A stretch of DNA of 64,000 bases from Geitlerinema sp. S16 (GCA_011390275.1 JAABST010000018.1:17204-81203), one strand, 5' to 3'. Counted from the stretch's first letter, positions 9,162 through 18,697 are shown. Notes: generated by a model from the sequence alone, not told the origin. Translations and numbers: made by a program.

Positions 9162-9295
9162 GTGCAACGACGAAATAAACGTTCCTGATGAGGGCGAGAA
9201 GTCCCACTTTTTCAAAAAGCCAGACTTCTGGGATGGGCGATTATTTGCGGACAATACGGCATGGCAAGGCAAGATATCGTTAGAACAGTTGAAAC
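9162..9295 (+). repeat. Dispersed repeat family 2, copy A (contains a 43-nt nested hairpin insertion)
   Basis: GTGCAACGACGAAATAAACGTTCCTG...GGGATGGGCGATTATT..CGGACAATACGG..GCAAGG..AAGAT..TTAGAA..GAAAC aligns with 32094..32286. Confidence 0.6.
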
Positions 9296-9325
9296 AAACC
9301 GAATTCCCGTTATCTGCCAAACCCC

Positions 9326-11227
9326 ATGCGACCGCCCCGCAACCTTACCCTGATCTTCGGCGTCTGCGTCATCCTCGCGCTGTCGATTTGGCTGATCACA
9401 TCCTTGGGCTGGCTCTATAGCCAAATCGCCTGGTCAGCGCCGCCGTTTTTGGCGGGCTTGCTCGTGATTTTGCTGATCATAACGATCGCCGTCGCACTCT
9501 ACACCTTTCTCTATTATTTCGGCCTTTTCAAAGCGCCGGGATGGGGCGGTCTAGGCCGATTTGGCCGATTTGGTCAATCAGGCCGATCCGATCGATCGAC
9601 TCGATCGGGGCAAGCACGCCGCAGCCTTCGCGCCCCCGCCGACAAAACCGACGCCGCCACCGCCAACCTCAACGCCGTCCGTCAACAGGTCAGCCAAATT
9701 CAGGACGAGGTGACTCGCCGCGCCCTGCTGAGTCGATCGCGCGAAATCGAGACCAACATGGCGCGGCAGAATCTCAAAATTGTCGTGTTTGGCACGGGAT
9801 CGGCGGGAAAAACCTCGCTGATTAACGCGCTGCTCGGTCGCGTGGTGGGTCGCGTGGCCGCGCCGATGGGGTCAACCCAGGAAGGGCGGGTGTTTACGCT
9901 GGAATTGGAGGGCGTCGGGCAGGCGGTGGAGATTGTCGATACGCCGGGAATTTTGGAGGCGGGCGAAGCGGGCGGGATGCGATCGCAGGTGGCGCGGCAG
10001 TGGGCAGCCGAGGCGGATTTGCTGATTTTTGTGCTGGATAACGATTTAACCCAGGCGGAATTTGCGCCCCTGATCGCCTTGGCGGAGATCGGTAAACGCT
10101 CGATCGTCGCCTTCAATAAAAGCGATTTATATCTAGAAGCTGATCGCGATGACATCATCGCCAAGCTGCGATCGCGCCTCCACCGCTGGATTCCGCCCAG
10201 CGATATCGTCGCGATCGCCAGTAACCCGCCCTCGGTACGCCTCGACAGCGGCGAGGTCATCAAACCCAACCCGGATATCGTCGCGCTCGTGCAGCAAATC
10301 ATCGCGGTGTTGCGGGCGGAAGGCGAAGACCTGATCGCCGATAATATTTTGCTGCAATCCCAGCGCCTCGGCGATCGCGCCCGCAAACTCATCGACGCCC
10401 AACGTCACCGCCAAGCCGCGAAAATCGTCGATCGCTACCAGTGGATCGGCGCGGGAGCCGTGGCGATGACACCGTTGCCGGTGGTGGATTTGCTGGCGGC
10501 GGCGGCGGTGAACGCGCAAATGGTGGTCGAAATCGCCAAGGTGTACGGCTGCGAGCTGAATATGGAACGGGGTCGAGAGCTGGCGCTATCGTTGGGAAAA
10601 ACTCTTGCTAGTTTGGGCATCGTCAAGGGAGCCGTGCAGTTGGTGGCCGGGGCGCTATCGCTGAATATCGCGACGCTGGTCGTGGGTCGAGCGATTCAAG
10701 GCATTGTTGCGGCCTACTTAACCCGGATTGCGGGCAAAAGTTTTATCGAATATTTCCGCCAGGATCAGGACTGGGGGGACGGTGGCATGACCGAGGTGGT
10801 GCAGCGACAGTTTCAGCTCACGCGCAAAGAGGAGTTTGTTAAGGCGTTTGTAAAAGATGCGTTTGCCAAGGTGGTCGAACCGTTGAAGTTGTCGATCGAG
10901 CCGGAAAATCTCGATGAAGGGCCGCTGTTTGTGCCAGAGGAGGAACTGATCGCCGATCGCGGGTTCGATCGCTGGGCAGATGATGCGCCGATCGCCCCGT
11001 TTTCATCGAGCGATCTCAATCGTCCAGAACCGCTCTATACCGAACGTGACCCGATCGCCGATCGCCCTGCCGCCTCCATTCCCTTCAATCCCGACCCCAG
11101 GCCGCGATCGCAGCCGTTCAACACGCCTATCCCCCGCGAAGAGGACTACGAGCTAGCGACGATTGATCGCCCGGAAGAACAGGAACCCGACGACTGGAAT
11201 CGATCAGTTGCGCGTGATGATTGGTAA
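9326..11227 (+). CDS. Membrane-associated GTPase with a DUF697 domain (YcjF-like region)
   Basis: The P-loop is VVFGTGSAGKTSLINALLG, with DTPG and NKSD motifs. A hydrophobic DUF697-like region (AMTPLPVVDLLAAAAVNAQMVVEIAKVYG) follows. There are N-terminal TM helices and a Pro/Asp/Glu-rich tail. Confidence 0.75.
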   Translation: MRPPRNLTLIFGVCVILALSIWLITSLGWLYSQIAWSAPPFLAGLLVILLIITIAVALYTFLYYFGLFKAPGWGGLGRFGRFGQSGRSDRSTRSGQARRSLRAPADKTDAATANLNAVRQQVSQIQDEVTRRALLSRSREIETNMARQNLKIVVFGTGSAGKTSLINALLGRVVGRVAAPMGSTQEGRVFTLELEGVGQAVEIVDTPGILEAGEAGGMRSQVARQWAAEADLLIFVLDNDLTQAEFAPLIALAEIGKRSIVAFNKSDLYLEADRDDIIAKLRSRLHRWIPPSDIVAIASNPPSVRLDSGEVIKPNPDIVALVQQIIAVLRAEGEDLIADNILLQSQRLGDRARKLIDAQRHRQAAKIVDRYQWIGAGAVAMTPLPVVDLLAAAAVNAQMVVEIAKVYGCELNMERGRELALSLGKTLASLGIVKGAVQLVAGALSLNIATLVVGRAIQGIVAAYLTRIAGKSFIEYFRQDQDWGDGGMTEVVQRQFQLTRKEEFVKAFVKDAFAKVVEPLKLSIEPENLDEGPLFVPEEELIADRGFDRWADDAPIAPFSSSDLNRPEPLYTERDPIADRPAASIPFNPDPRPRSQPFNTPIPREEDYELATIDRPEEQEPDDWNRSVARDDW

Positions 11228-11240
11228 CTTGAGTGCGGGT

Positions 11241-11370
11241 TAGGGGCTGTCATCCATTCAATTTCTAGCGCTTACCCAGTCAGGGTTACAGCCCCTAGTT
11301 GTTTTGTTGGGTCGGGCGTTCAACAGCTTTCCCGATAAGAGTTCTACGATTAATTGAGGACACGCCCTAG
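11241..11370. mobile_element. MITE family 1, copy 1 (~130 bp, TA-flanked, ~18-nt terminal inverted repeats)
   Basis: The termini are TA-GGGGCTGTCATCCATTCAA ... TTAATTGAGGACACGCCC-TA. The copy aligns end to end with 18465..18596 and 35381..35513. Confidence 0.75.
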
Positions 11371-12425
11371 TGAATCACCCGCTGTAACCAATGTTCGATC
11401 CGATCGCCAAATGCCTCTAGCGAATACTCTCGCTCCGCTAACGTGCGACATGCTTGCCGATTAATCATTCCAATCTGACCGATCGCCGTAACCAAGCCAT
11501 CGACATCCGCAACATCAAATAAAAACCCCACCTCACCATCCGTCACAATTTCCTCTGGCCCTCCACAGCGTGAGCTGATCACCGGTACGCCACAGGCCAA
11601 TGCCTCGATCGCGACATTACCAAAGGCTTCAACCCAGTGTGATGTGAGTAATAACGCTCGACAATTACCAATAGCGGCTTGTAAGTCGCGCGTTTCAAGA
11701 AATCCACCGTACTCGATCGGCGCCTTTGGATGACGCGCCTGCACCGCTTGCCAATAGGCCGCATCCTGAATATTGCCGAAGATCTTAAGCGGAATTCCCA
11801 GCCAATCCACGGCTGCGATTGCGTCTTCAATCCCCTTTTCTGGCGCAATCCGTCCCACCCAGGCGAGGGAATCACCCGCTTTTGCCTGGAAACGATACAG
11901 ATCGAGATCGAGACCTCCTGTTAGGCAAATGGGATCATTTCCGACAAACGGAAACGTCGCCGCCTGAGTACGGGTACAGAAGGCGATCGATTCAGGATGA
12001 TTGGCGTAGATCCTGGCGATCGCGCTGTCCATCGCATCCGTCATCGATCCCATGCTGACAAAGTGGGCGATCGGTGTTTCAAAAAAAGGTGTCAGGAAAA
12101 ACGGCAGCCAATCATAGGTAAAGTGCAAGATCACGTCATAGTTGTGCTGCACCTGACGCGCATACTCAAACATATTCGCCAACACCGAATCAGCAGGCAG
12201 ATCGATGGTGCTGTTACGCGCCTGAGTTTGCGCCGGGATTTGGAGATTGCCAGGAATTTCGACCACCGATAGATCGGGCAGATGCGATCCTTGGGGTGCG
12301 ACGATCGTCACCTCATGGCCGCGCGAAATTTGCGATCGGGCTGCATTCGAGAGCGTTAGGTCAATGCCGCCGCCGAGGCCGGAACCCAGTGGCCCAACGG
12401 GGGTCGAGATCAAAAGTTGTTTCAC
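11367..12425 (-). CDS. GT-B glycosyltransferase family 4 (resembles cyanobacterial UDP-glucose:tetrahydrobiopterin glucosyltransferase-type enzymes)
   Basis: Supporting motifs are STPVGPLGSGLGGGIDLT at the N-terminus and WVGRIAPEKGIEDAI plus EAFGNVAIEALACGVPVI (EX7E region). The subfamily assignment is from memory only. Confidence 0.75.
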   Translation of the reverse strand: MKQLLISTPVGPLGSGLGGGIDLTLSNAARSQISRGHEVTIVAPQGSHLPDLSVVEIPGNLQIPAQTQARNSTIDLPADSVLANMFEYARQVQHNYDVILHFTYDWLPFFLTPFFETPIAHFVSMGSMTDAMDSAIARIYANHPESIAFCTRTQAATFPFVGNDPICLTGGLDLDLYRFQAKAGDSLAWVGRIAPEKGIEDAIAAVDWLGIPLKIFGNIQDAAYWQAVQARHPKAPIEYGGFLETRDLQAAIGNCRALLLTSHWVEAFGNVAIEALACGVPVISSRCGGPEEIVTDGEVGFLFDVADVDGLVTAIGQIGMINRQACRTLAEREYSLEAFGDRIEHWLQRVIH

Positions 12426-12483
12426 GATCGATTGGGTTAACGATTCGGTCAGCGATTCGGTCGGCGATTAAGTCAAAGCTGGC

Positions 12484-12684
12484 TCAAATTGAAAAATTCG
12501 TGACCATTTCAATGGTTCCGAAGCTGGCGATCGGCTGGATTGCCTGAAGCGATACATCGCCGATCGGCGCTGGTATCATCTCGCCACGTAAATCGAGCAA
12601 CTGAACCAGCATAAGATAGGCGATCGCCAAAATCAGCGAAATCGCCCCCGTAATAATGGCCGTAAGTTTGGAGCGATCCATCAC
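12484..12684 (-). CDS. Small membrane protein, hypothetical
   Basis: The 66-aa ORF has one clear TM helix (LTAIITGAISLILAIAYLMLVQLL). No family was recognised. Confidence 0.4.
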   Translation of the reverse strand: MMDRSKLTAIITGAISLILAIAYLMLVQLLDLRGEMIPAPIGDVSLQAIQPIASFGTIEMVTNFSI

Positions 12685-12935
12685 GATGAGCGCTCAGGAC
12701 ACCGAGCGTGTAGGTTGAAAGTGGAGATATTGTATCGGTTTGTAACTATCATTGATCACGATTGCGGGCTAAAGCGAGTTGAACCGAGTGCTATTCTCTC
12801 GTGTGGACGCCGTGATAGATCCAGCCTAGATCCAATAGTCTGACCCGTGGCGTTCCATAGCCAAGGATTGCATTTTAACCTGACCCTTTTGACCTGCCGT
12901 TCACCCCTCACCCCCGATCCGGCTGCCTTATATTT

Positions 12936-14639
12936 ATGGTTGCTCCACTGCTTGAACTCGATCGCCTCTCGATTACCTATCCCAAAACGACGGCACGATC
13001 GGCGGATAGCGTCTCATTTTGTCTGCACGCGGGCGAAATTCTCGGGCTGGTAGGCGAATCCGGCTGCGGTAAATCGACCCTTGGACGTGCTGCGATTCGG
13101 CTTCTGCCCGCTGGAAGCCGTACCGAGGGGAAAATTCGGTTTTGTGGTGAGTCAGTATTCGAGTTTGACACCGAGCGGCTACGACAGTTTCGAGGCGAAG
13201 CGGTGGCGCTGGTGTTCCAAGATCCGATGACGCGCCTCGATCCGCTGATGACGATCGGCGATCATTGCCTCGAAACGCTCCACGCTCATCGCCCCGATCT
13301 CGATCGCGCTGCCGCCAAAGCCAAAGCCCTCGACACCCTAAAAACCGTCAAAATCCCCGCCGATCGCTGGGCGCAATATCCCCATGAGTTCAGCGGCGGA
13401 ATGCGTCAACGGGTGGCGATCGCCCTGGCGCTATTGCTCGATCCAAAGTTAATCGTCGCCGATGAGCCGACCACGAGCCTGGATGTCACCGTGTCGGCGC
13501 AGATTCTCGATGAGCTGTCGCGCCTGTGTCGCGAGCGAGATCTCGGCTTGCTGCTGATTTCGCATGATTTAGCGATGGTGGCACAATACAGCGATCGCGT
13601 CGCGGTGATGCATGACGGTCAGCTCGTGGAATGCGATACCGCCAAGACCGTGCTACAAACCCCGAAACATCCCTACACGCGATCGCTGCTGGAGGCGGCG
13701 CTACACCTACACGCGATCGCCGATCGTGAAACCTCAGACCGTGCGGATACAACCCACGATGAGACGGATCGGGACGCGATGCCGAATGCAGTCCCGAGTG
13801 ATGTCGTCATTCGCGCGATCGACCTAACTCAGCACTATACCCTCGCTGAAAATCCTCTGGCCGCACTGGTCAACCGCCTGCGCCGTGGTTCGTCAAGTGG
13901 TGGGAACGATCGCAAAATTCGCGCGGTCGATGGCCTCAATTTCGAGATTTTTCAGGGTGAAATCCTTGGTCTGGTGGGTGAGTCCGGCTGTGGTAAATCG
14001 ACCCTATCGCGGACGTTGCTGCAACTGATTCCGCCGACGAGCGGGCGGGTGGAATTTCTCGGGCGCGATATTACCCATTTATCGCGCCAGGATTTACGCC
14101 AGCAGCGCCGCCAAATGCAAATGGTGTTCCAAGATCCGCGAGCCTGTCTCAATCCGATGATGACGATCGGCGAGGCGATCGCCGATCCGCTCTTGGTTCA
14201 CAAGCTAGCCGAAACCGTGGGCGCGGCGAAAGATCAGGTCTTGCCTATGCTCGATCGCGTTGGTCTTGAGCGTGATTTTTACGATCGCTACCCCGATCAG
14301 CTTTCCGGTGGCCAGCAACAGCGCGTCGCGATCGCCCGTGCGTTGATCACCCGCCCGAAGTTTGTGATCTGCGATGAGCCGGTGAGTATGCTTGACGCGA
14401 ACGTCCAATCGCGGGTGTTAGATTTGATGCGCGATCTGAAGGATGAATTTGAACTCACCTATTTGTTTATCACCCATGATCTTTGGGTCGCGCGATATTT
14501 CTGCGATCGCATTGCCGTGATGAATGGCGGCAAGATTGTCGAAATTGGCAAAACTCATCATGTTTTCAGTCAGCCGCAGCATCCCTATACCCAAGCCCTG
14601 CTCGGAGCAGCCCCCTTACTCGCTCAGGTGAATCGCTAA
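12936..14639 (+). CDS. ABC transporter ATP-binding protein with two fused NBDs (oligopeptide/dipeptide/nickel DppD/F type)
   Basis: There are two Walker A motifs (GESGCGKST twice), two LSGG signatures (FSGGMRQR, LSGGQQQR) and two Walker B motifs (IVADEPT, ICDEPV). Confidence 0.9.
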   Translation: MVAPLLELDRLSITYPKTTARSADSVSFCLHAGEILGLVGESGCGKSTLGRAAIRLLPAGSRTEGKIRFCGESVFEFDTERLRQFRGEAVALVFQDPMTRLDPLMTIGDHCLETLHAHRPDLDRAAAKAKALDTLKTVKIPADRWAQYPHEFSGGMRQRVAIALALLLDPKLIVADEPTTSLDVTVSAQILDELSRLCRERDLGLLLISHDLAMVAQYSDRVAVMHDGQLVECDTAKTVLQTPKHPYTRSLLEAALHLHAIADRETSDRADTTHDETDRDAMPNAVPSDVVIRAIDLTQHYTLAENPLAALVNRLRRGSSSGGNDRKIRAVDGLNFEIFQGEILGLVGESGCGKSTLSRTLLQLIPPTSGRVEFLGRDITHLSRQDLRQQRRQMQMVFQDPRACLNPMMTIGEAIADPLLVHKLAETVGAAKDQVLPMLDRVGLERDFYDRYPDQLSGGQQQRVAIARALITRPKFVICDEPVSMLDANVQSRVLDLMRDLKDEFELTYLFITHDLWVARYFCDRIAVMNGGKIVEIGKTHHVFSQPQHPYTQALLGAAPLLAQVNR

Positions 14640-14676
14640 GTCATCCTCCATTCGAGAATTTGATGTCTTGGGGGGC

Positions 14677-16635
14677 TTATTCGTTTTCGTTAGAGGAGTC
14701 GGTTTCAGAGGGTAAATTGTCGCCGCGCTGCCAATCTAGCGGAACACTGGCGAGAGGAGAATCGAGTAATGTGGCATCCCGCAACTCGTGAATAGCCTGT
14801 TCTGAAACGCCGGGTTTTGGATGATCGGATTCAGACGTATCAGGATGATTTGATGTGGCACGATCGCCGGTGGGCTTTTCATCGCTAGATCGATCAGAGT
14901 CATCCAAAGGGTGCTTCGGGGCGACGATATCGCCGATCGCCTCAGCTTCGGAATGTTCGGTCTTGCCCATTGGAGCCGTCGGTGGCATCTCCGGGGCGAA
15001 CATCGTTGGCTGATCGGCTTCAATTTCCCCATCACGCGGTTCATGATCCGTTAAGTCCACGGAAACCTGAGTCTCAAAAGCTGCACCGGTTAGCTCGGCG
15101 ATGAGTTCAGGACTCAAGGGTGCAGACTGATCCTGGGTCGGTGGCTGCGATCGAGACTCAGACCCGGCTATGTCTGCGTCCACAAGGCGGATCAGACGAT
15201 CGGGGACATCCATCTCGCTCGGAGGATTGGGGTCAATGTGGTGGATGTAAATGCGTTCAAGACGAGGGCCATCGGCGGATTGCACCGAAAGTTCCAGATC
15301 GTTAATCCGAAAGGTCTCGCCCACCTCTGGAATTTTTTGCATGTAGAAAATCAGTAAACCGGCAATGGTTTGATAATCTTCGGAAATCGGCAAGCTGAGA
15401 TCTAGGAGATCATTGGCCTCTTCGACGTGGAGTTGGGCGCGTACCAAAAACTGCCGCTCGTCAATGAATTCAACGTTGGGTTCTTCGGAGGAATCGGGAT
15501 AAAGGGAGTCACCAAAGATTTCTTCGATCGCGTCCTGGAGGGTCACTAGCCCTGCGGTTCCGCCAAACTCATCCACCACCATCACCATGCTCTGGGATGA
15601 GCGCTGCAACAGCGGCATTAGTTCGACCAAGGGAGTATATTCGGGGACAAAACGCACCGGAACAATCCAGTCCGTAATGGGCGTATCGCGCCGCTCACCG
15701 GAAGCTGTTAGGGGTTCTGCGAGATCTTTGACGCAAATGATGCCGCGCACATCGTCAAAGGATTCACCAATCACGGGATAGCACGAATGACAGCTCTCCG
15801 CCACTTCTTCAAACACCTCCCCGATCGTGGCATGACTCTCAATGACGCAAACTTGCGTGCGTGGCGTCATGATCTCTTCAACGGTCACGTCACTAAACTC
15901 GAAAATATTGCTTAACCATTCGCGCTCCTCGGCTTCGAGTCCCGTGACTTCGCCTTCCTTCGCGATAATTTGTTGCAGCTCTTCGGAGGTGACGTGATTG
16001 TAGGCCGTGAGTGTAGAAACCCGAACGCCAAAGGTTCTCAGCAGAAAACGTGTGGATTGATTAATCGCCCAGAGAAACGGGCGAAAGCAACGGGCGATCG
16101 CCAAACTGGGTGGGCCAAAGAAGCGGGCGAGCTGTTCTGGATACAGCAATGCTAGGGATTTGGGACACAGTTCACCGAGGACAATTTGGAGATAGGCGAT
16201 GAAGGCAAAGGCGACGGGGACGGCGATCGTGTGGGCGATGATGGGATCGGGGGCGATCGTCGGCGGCAGATATTGAAACAGGAAAACGACAAACTGCGCC
16301 ATCGTTTGTTCTCCTGTCCAGCCGAGGGCAAGGCTGGAAAGCGTGATCCCAAGCTGGGTCGAGGACAGCAACAAATCAATATCACGCTGGAGAATCTGCA
16401 CCGTTCTGGCCTGGGTGTCGCCGGATTCCACGAGACGATCGATTTGCGATCGGCGCACAGACACCATTGCAAATTCCGCTGCGACGAAAAACGCATTAAT
16501 TGAAATCAAAATGGTGATCAGCAGCAGGCCAAAACCCAGGCGAGAGTCATCAGCGACATCCACTGACGCCTGAGCTGGATGGGCCAAAGTCACGATCAGC
16601 AGGGTCACTCCCGCCAGCATGATCGCTTGAGCCAT
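14677..16635 (-). CDS. CNNM/HlyC/CorC-family transporter (DUF21 + CBS pair + CorC_HlyC) with a long acidic C-terminal extension
   Basis: The DUF21 motif NAFFVAAEFAMVSVRRSQI, a CBS region and a CorC region (VVDEFGGTAGLVTLQDAIEEIFG) are present. The track ORF extends to 16803, but the first 56 codons are R/S-rich, so ATG 16635 (MAQAIMLAG...) is more plausible. The last ~230 aa are low-complexity and acidic. Confidence 0.8.
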   Translation of the reverse strand: MAQAIMLAGVTLLIVTLAHPAQASVDVADDSRLGFGLLLITILISINAFFVAAEFAMVSVRRSQIDRLVESGDTQARTVQILQRDIDLLLSSTQLGITLSSLALGWTGEQTMAQFVVFLFQYLPPTIAPDPIIAHTIAVPVAFAFIAYLQIVLGELCPKSLALLYPEQLARFFGPPSLAIARCFRPFLWAINQSTRFLLRTFGVRVSTLTAYNHVTSEELQQIIAKEGEVTGLEAEEREWLSNIFEFSDVTVEEIMTPRTQVCVIESHATIGEVFEEVAESCHSCYPVIGESFDDVRGIICVKDLAEPLTASGERRDTPITDWIVPVRFVPEYTPLVELMPLLQRSSQSMVMVVDEFGGTAGLVTLQDAIEEIFGDSLYPDSSEEPNVEFIDERQFLVRAQLHVEEANDLLDLSLPISEDYQTIAGLLIFYMQKIPEVGETFRINDLELSVQSADGPRLERIYIHHIDPNPPSEMDVPDRLIRLVDADIAGSESRSQPPTQDQSAPLSPELIAELTGAAFETQVSVDLTDHEPRDGEIEADQPTMFAPEMPPTAPMGKTEHSEAEAIGDIVAPKHPLDDSDRSSDEKPTGDRATSNHPDTSESDHPKPGVSEQAIHELRDATLLDSPLASVPLDWQRGDNLPSETDSSNENE

Positions 16636-16802
16636 GCGCGATCGCGGTCGTGCGTGTCGCGGGGATTGAATATGCTGTGCCTGTCTGGAGGATTGATCCC
16701 CAAGCAAGCACAAATACCAAGGGCGTGAAGCGGGCTTGAAGGAAACGGATTTAAAGAGAGACAAAGCGCGGGCAATATAAACACCAAGCGTGTGATCGTC
16801 CA

Positions 16803-17075
16803 TTAGTTATTCGTACCCAACGCACGATTTGGTTCCGCAATCTGCGCTTCGACTTGCTTGAGAATGTCGTCCTCACGCAAAAACTCAACGCTATCGGTCT
16901 GCACAACGCTATCGCCGCGCCCCAGATTATAGCTAGCGGGTCGTACATCCGGCTGTGTAACACCCTGGAGAGCCTCACGACCGATCGCAAACCCCCAAAA
17001 GGCACTCAGCACACCAGCACCAACAACTAAAGACAGCAAGCCGATCGTCAAAACAATCGTGACGCGTAGCTTCAT
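16803..17075 (-). CDS. Small membrane-anchored hypothetical protein
   Basis: The 90-aa ORF has an N-terminal TM helix (IVLTIGLLSLVVGAGVLSAFWGF) and lies directly upstream of the CNNM gene on the same strand. Confidence 0.5.
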   Translation of the reverse strand: MKLRVTIVLTIGLLSLVVGAGVLSAFWGFAIGREALQGVTQPDVRPASYNLGRGDSVVQTDSVEFLREDDILKQVEAQIAEPNRALGTNN

Positions 17076-17152
17076 AGCAAAGATATCTAGAGAGCGAGGT
17101 TAGGAAGAACTAGAACCTTGATCGTAAGACAAGATTGAGTGGTTGACGAGCC

Positions 17153-17240
17153 GATCCGCCATAGAAGCTTCAGCTCTTTAGAGTATTGCCCGGAAAAGTC
17201 GGACTTCTCGCCAGATCCGCAATAGAACCGTCAGCTCTTT
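17153..17240. repeat. Two 27-nt imperfect direct repeats, 61 nt apart, in the promoter region of the small-ORF/CNNM unit
   Basis: GATCCGCCATAGAAGCTTCAGCTCTTT (17153..17179) and GATCCGCAATAGAACCGTCAGCTCTTT (17214..17240) differ at 4 positions. Confidence 0.6.
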
Positions 17241-17274
17241 CGTCTCTGGGTTGTACGTCCGTGACCCAGGCTAT

Positions 17275-18390
17275 CTAGACGGTATAGAGCAAAAGGGCTA
17301 GACCGCTCAGTAATAACGTAACGATATAAAACGTTGTGACGACGTTAATCTCAGACCAGCCACAGAGTTCGAGGTGATGATGAAAGGGAGCCATCTTAAA
17401 CATCCGTTTGCCGACGCCGTTTTCATCTTTGGTGGCTTTGTAGTAGGACACTTGCAGGATGACGGAGAGGGTCTCGAAGAAAAACAGGCCGGTGACGAGC
17501 AAGAGGCCGAATAGCGTATTGGAGGCGATCGCGACGCCCGCGAGTGCTGCGCCAAGGGCGAGCGATCCGGTATCGCCCATAAACACCCGTGCGGGGTTGC
17601 GATTGAAAAAGAGAAACCCTAAGCAGCCGCCGCTCATGCAGATGCAAAACAACGCTAAGGCTGGAGATGTTGGCGCAACGATCGCGCTCAATCCCAGAAA
17701 GGCCAAGGCTCCGGTTCCGCCCATGAGGCCATCGAGACCGTCGGTGAGGTTGGTTGCATTACTTTCGGCGACGATCGTAAAACCGGCCAGCGCCCAAAAT
17801 ACAGCGCCGAGAGATAACGTGATGCCGCCAGGAAAGAGGATCTGAGTGAGGTCGATCGCCAGATCGGATCGCCAGCTCATCCAGCCACAAAAAAGCACCG
17901 CGCCAATGATTTGAAGGATCAGCTTCAAGCGCGGTGAAATACCTTTATTAGATTTGCGTCGTAAGACTTGCCAGTCATCAACCCAGCCGATCGCGGCGTA
18001 CGCCAGCGTCAAAGCGGCAACGCCAATCACGGAAAGGCGATCGGCTGATTCTAGAGTGGGTGATAGATACGCCCACAGGGTCGCGAGGATCGCTGAACCC
18101 GGCACAAATAAAATTCCCCCCATCGTCGGGGTTCCAGCTTTTTTGAGATGCGCTTGCGGCCCATCTTCGCGGATGAACTGTCCCGTTTTTAACGCACGCA
18201 GCCACGGTACGCCCCAATAACCACAGATTGCGGTGAGTAACGCGCTACTCCAAAACGGTAGCGAGAACCCAGGCAAAACGCTGTAGCTGCTGTCGAGGCC
18301 AAGCAGTATCACCGTCGCAATAGTCGCGAGACCACAGGTGATTTGTGTGCCAGAGAGGGCGATCTTCTGCGTATAGGAGGAAAGTTTCAC
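17275..18390 (-). CDS. mraY: Phospho-N-acetylmuramoyl-pentapeptide transferase
   Basis: Multi-TM protein with the MraY motifs NATNLTDGLDGL and FMGDTGSLALGAALAGVAI. The length is 371 aa. Confidence 0.95.
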   Translation of the reverse strand: MKLSSYTQKIALSGTQITCGLATIATVILLGLDSSYSVLPGFSLPFWSSALLTAICGYWGVPWLRALKTGQFIREDGPQAHLKKAGTPTMGGILFVPGSAILATLWAYLSPTLESADRLSVIGVAALTLAYAAIGWVDDWQVLRRKSNKGISPRLKLILQIIGAVLFCGWMSWRSDLAIDLTQILFPGGITLSLGAVFWALAGFTIVAESNATNLTDGLDGLMGGTGALAFLGLSAIVAPTSPALALFCICMSGGCLGFLFFNRNPARVFMGDTGSLALGAALAGVAIASNTLFGLLLVTGLFFFETLSVILQVSYYKATKDENGVGKRMFKMAPFHHHLELCGWSEINVVTTFYIVTLLLSGLALLLYTV

Positions 18391-18464
18391 CGAGTTTGAC
18401 GCTGGAGTTTAATCAGGGCAGTGCGTAGATCGAGCGGTCATAGAACGAAAAAGCGGCGGCAAGG

Positions 18465-18596
18465 CTAGGGGCTGTCATCAATTAAATTTGTAGCCTTGAT
18501 TCAGCCAGGGTTTCAGCCCCTTTTGTTTTTTGTTGGGTTGGGCGTTCAACAGCTTACCCTGTAAGAGGTCTGGTGCTAATTGATGACACGCCCTAG
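18465..18596. mobile_element. MITE family 1, copy 2
   Basis: CTAGGGGCTGTCATCAATTAAA ... CTAATTGATGACACGCCCTAG. It lies between the mraY start and the DUF3134 gene end. Confidence 0.75.
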
Positions 18597-18697
18597 GTTT
18601 TATGGGCTGCGATCGAGATGCTGTGATGTGATGATCTGAATCCGCGATCGCAGCACGATTGACGTTTAGGCCGATGTTTAAACCTTCGCCACTTTCG

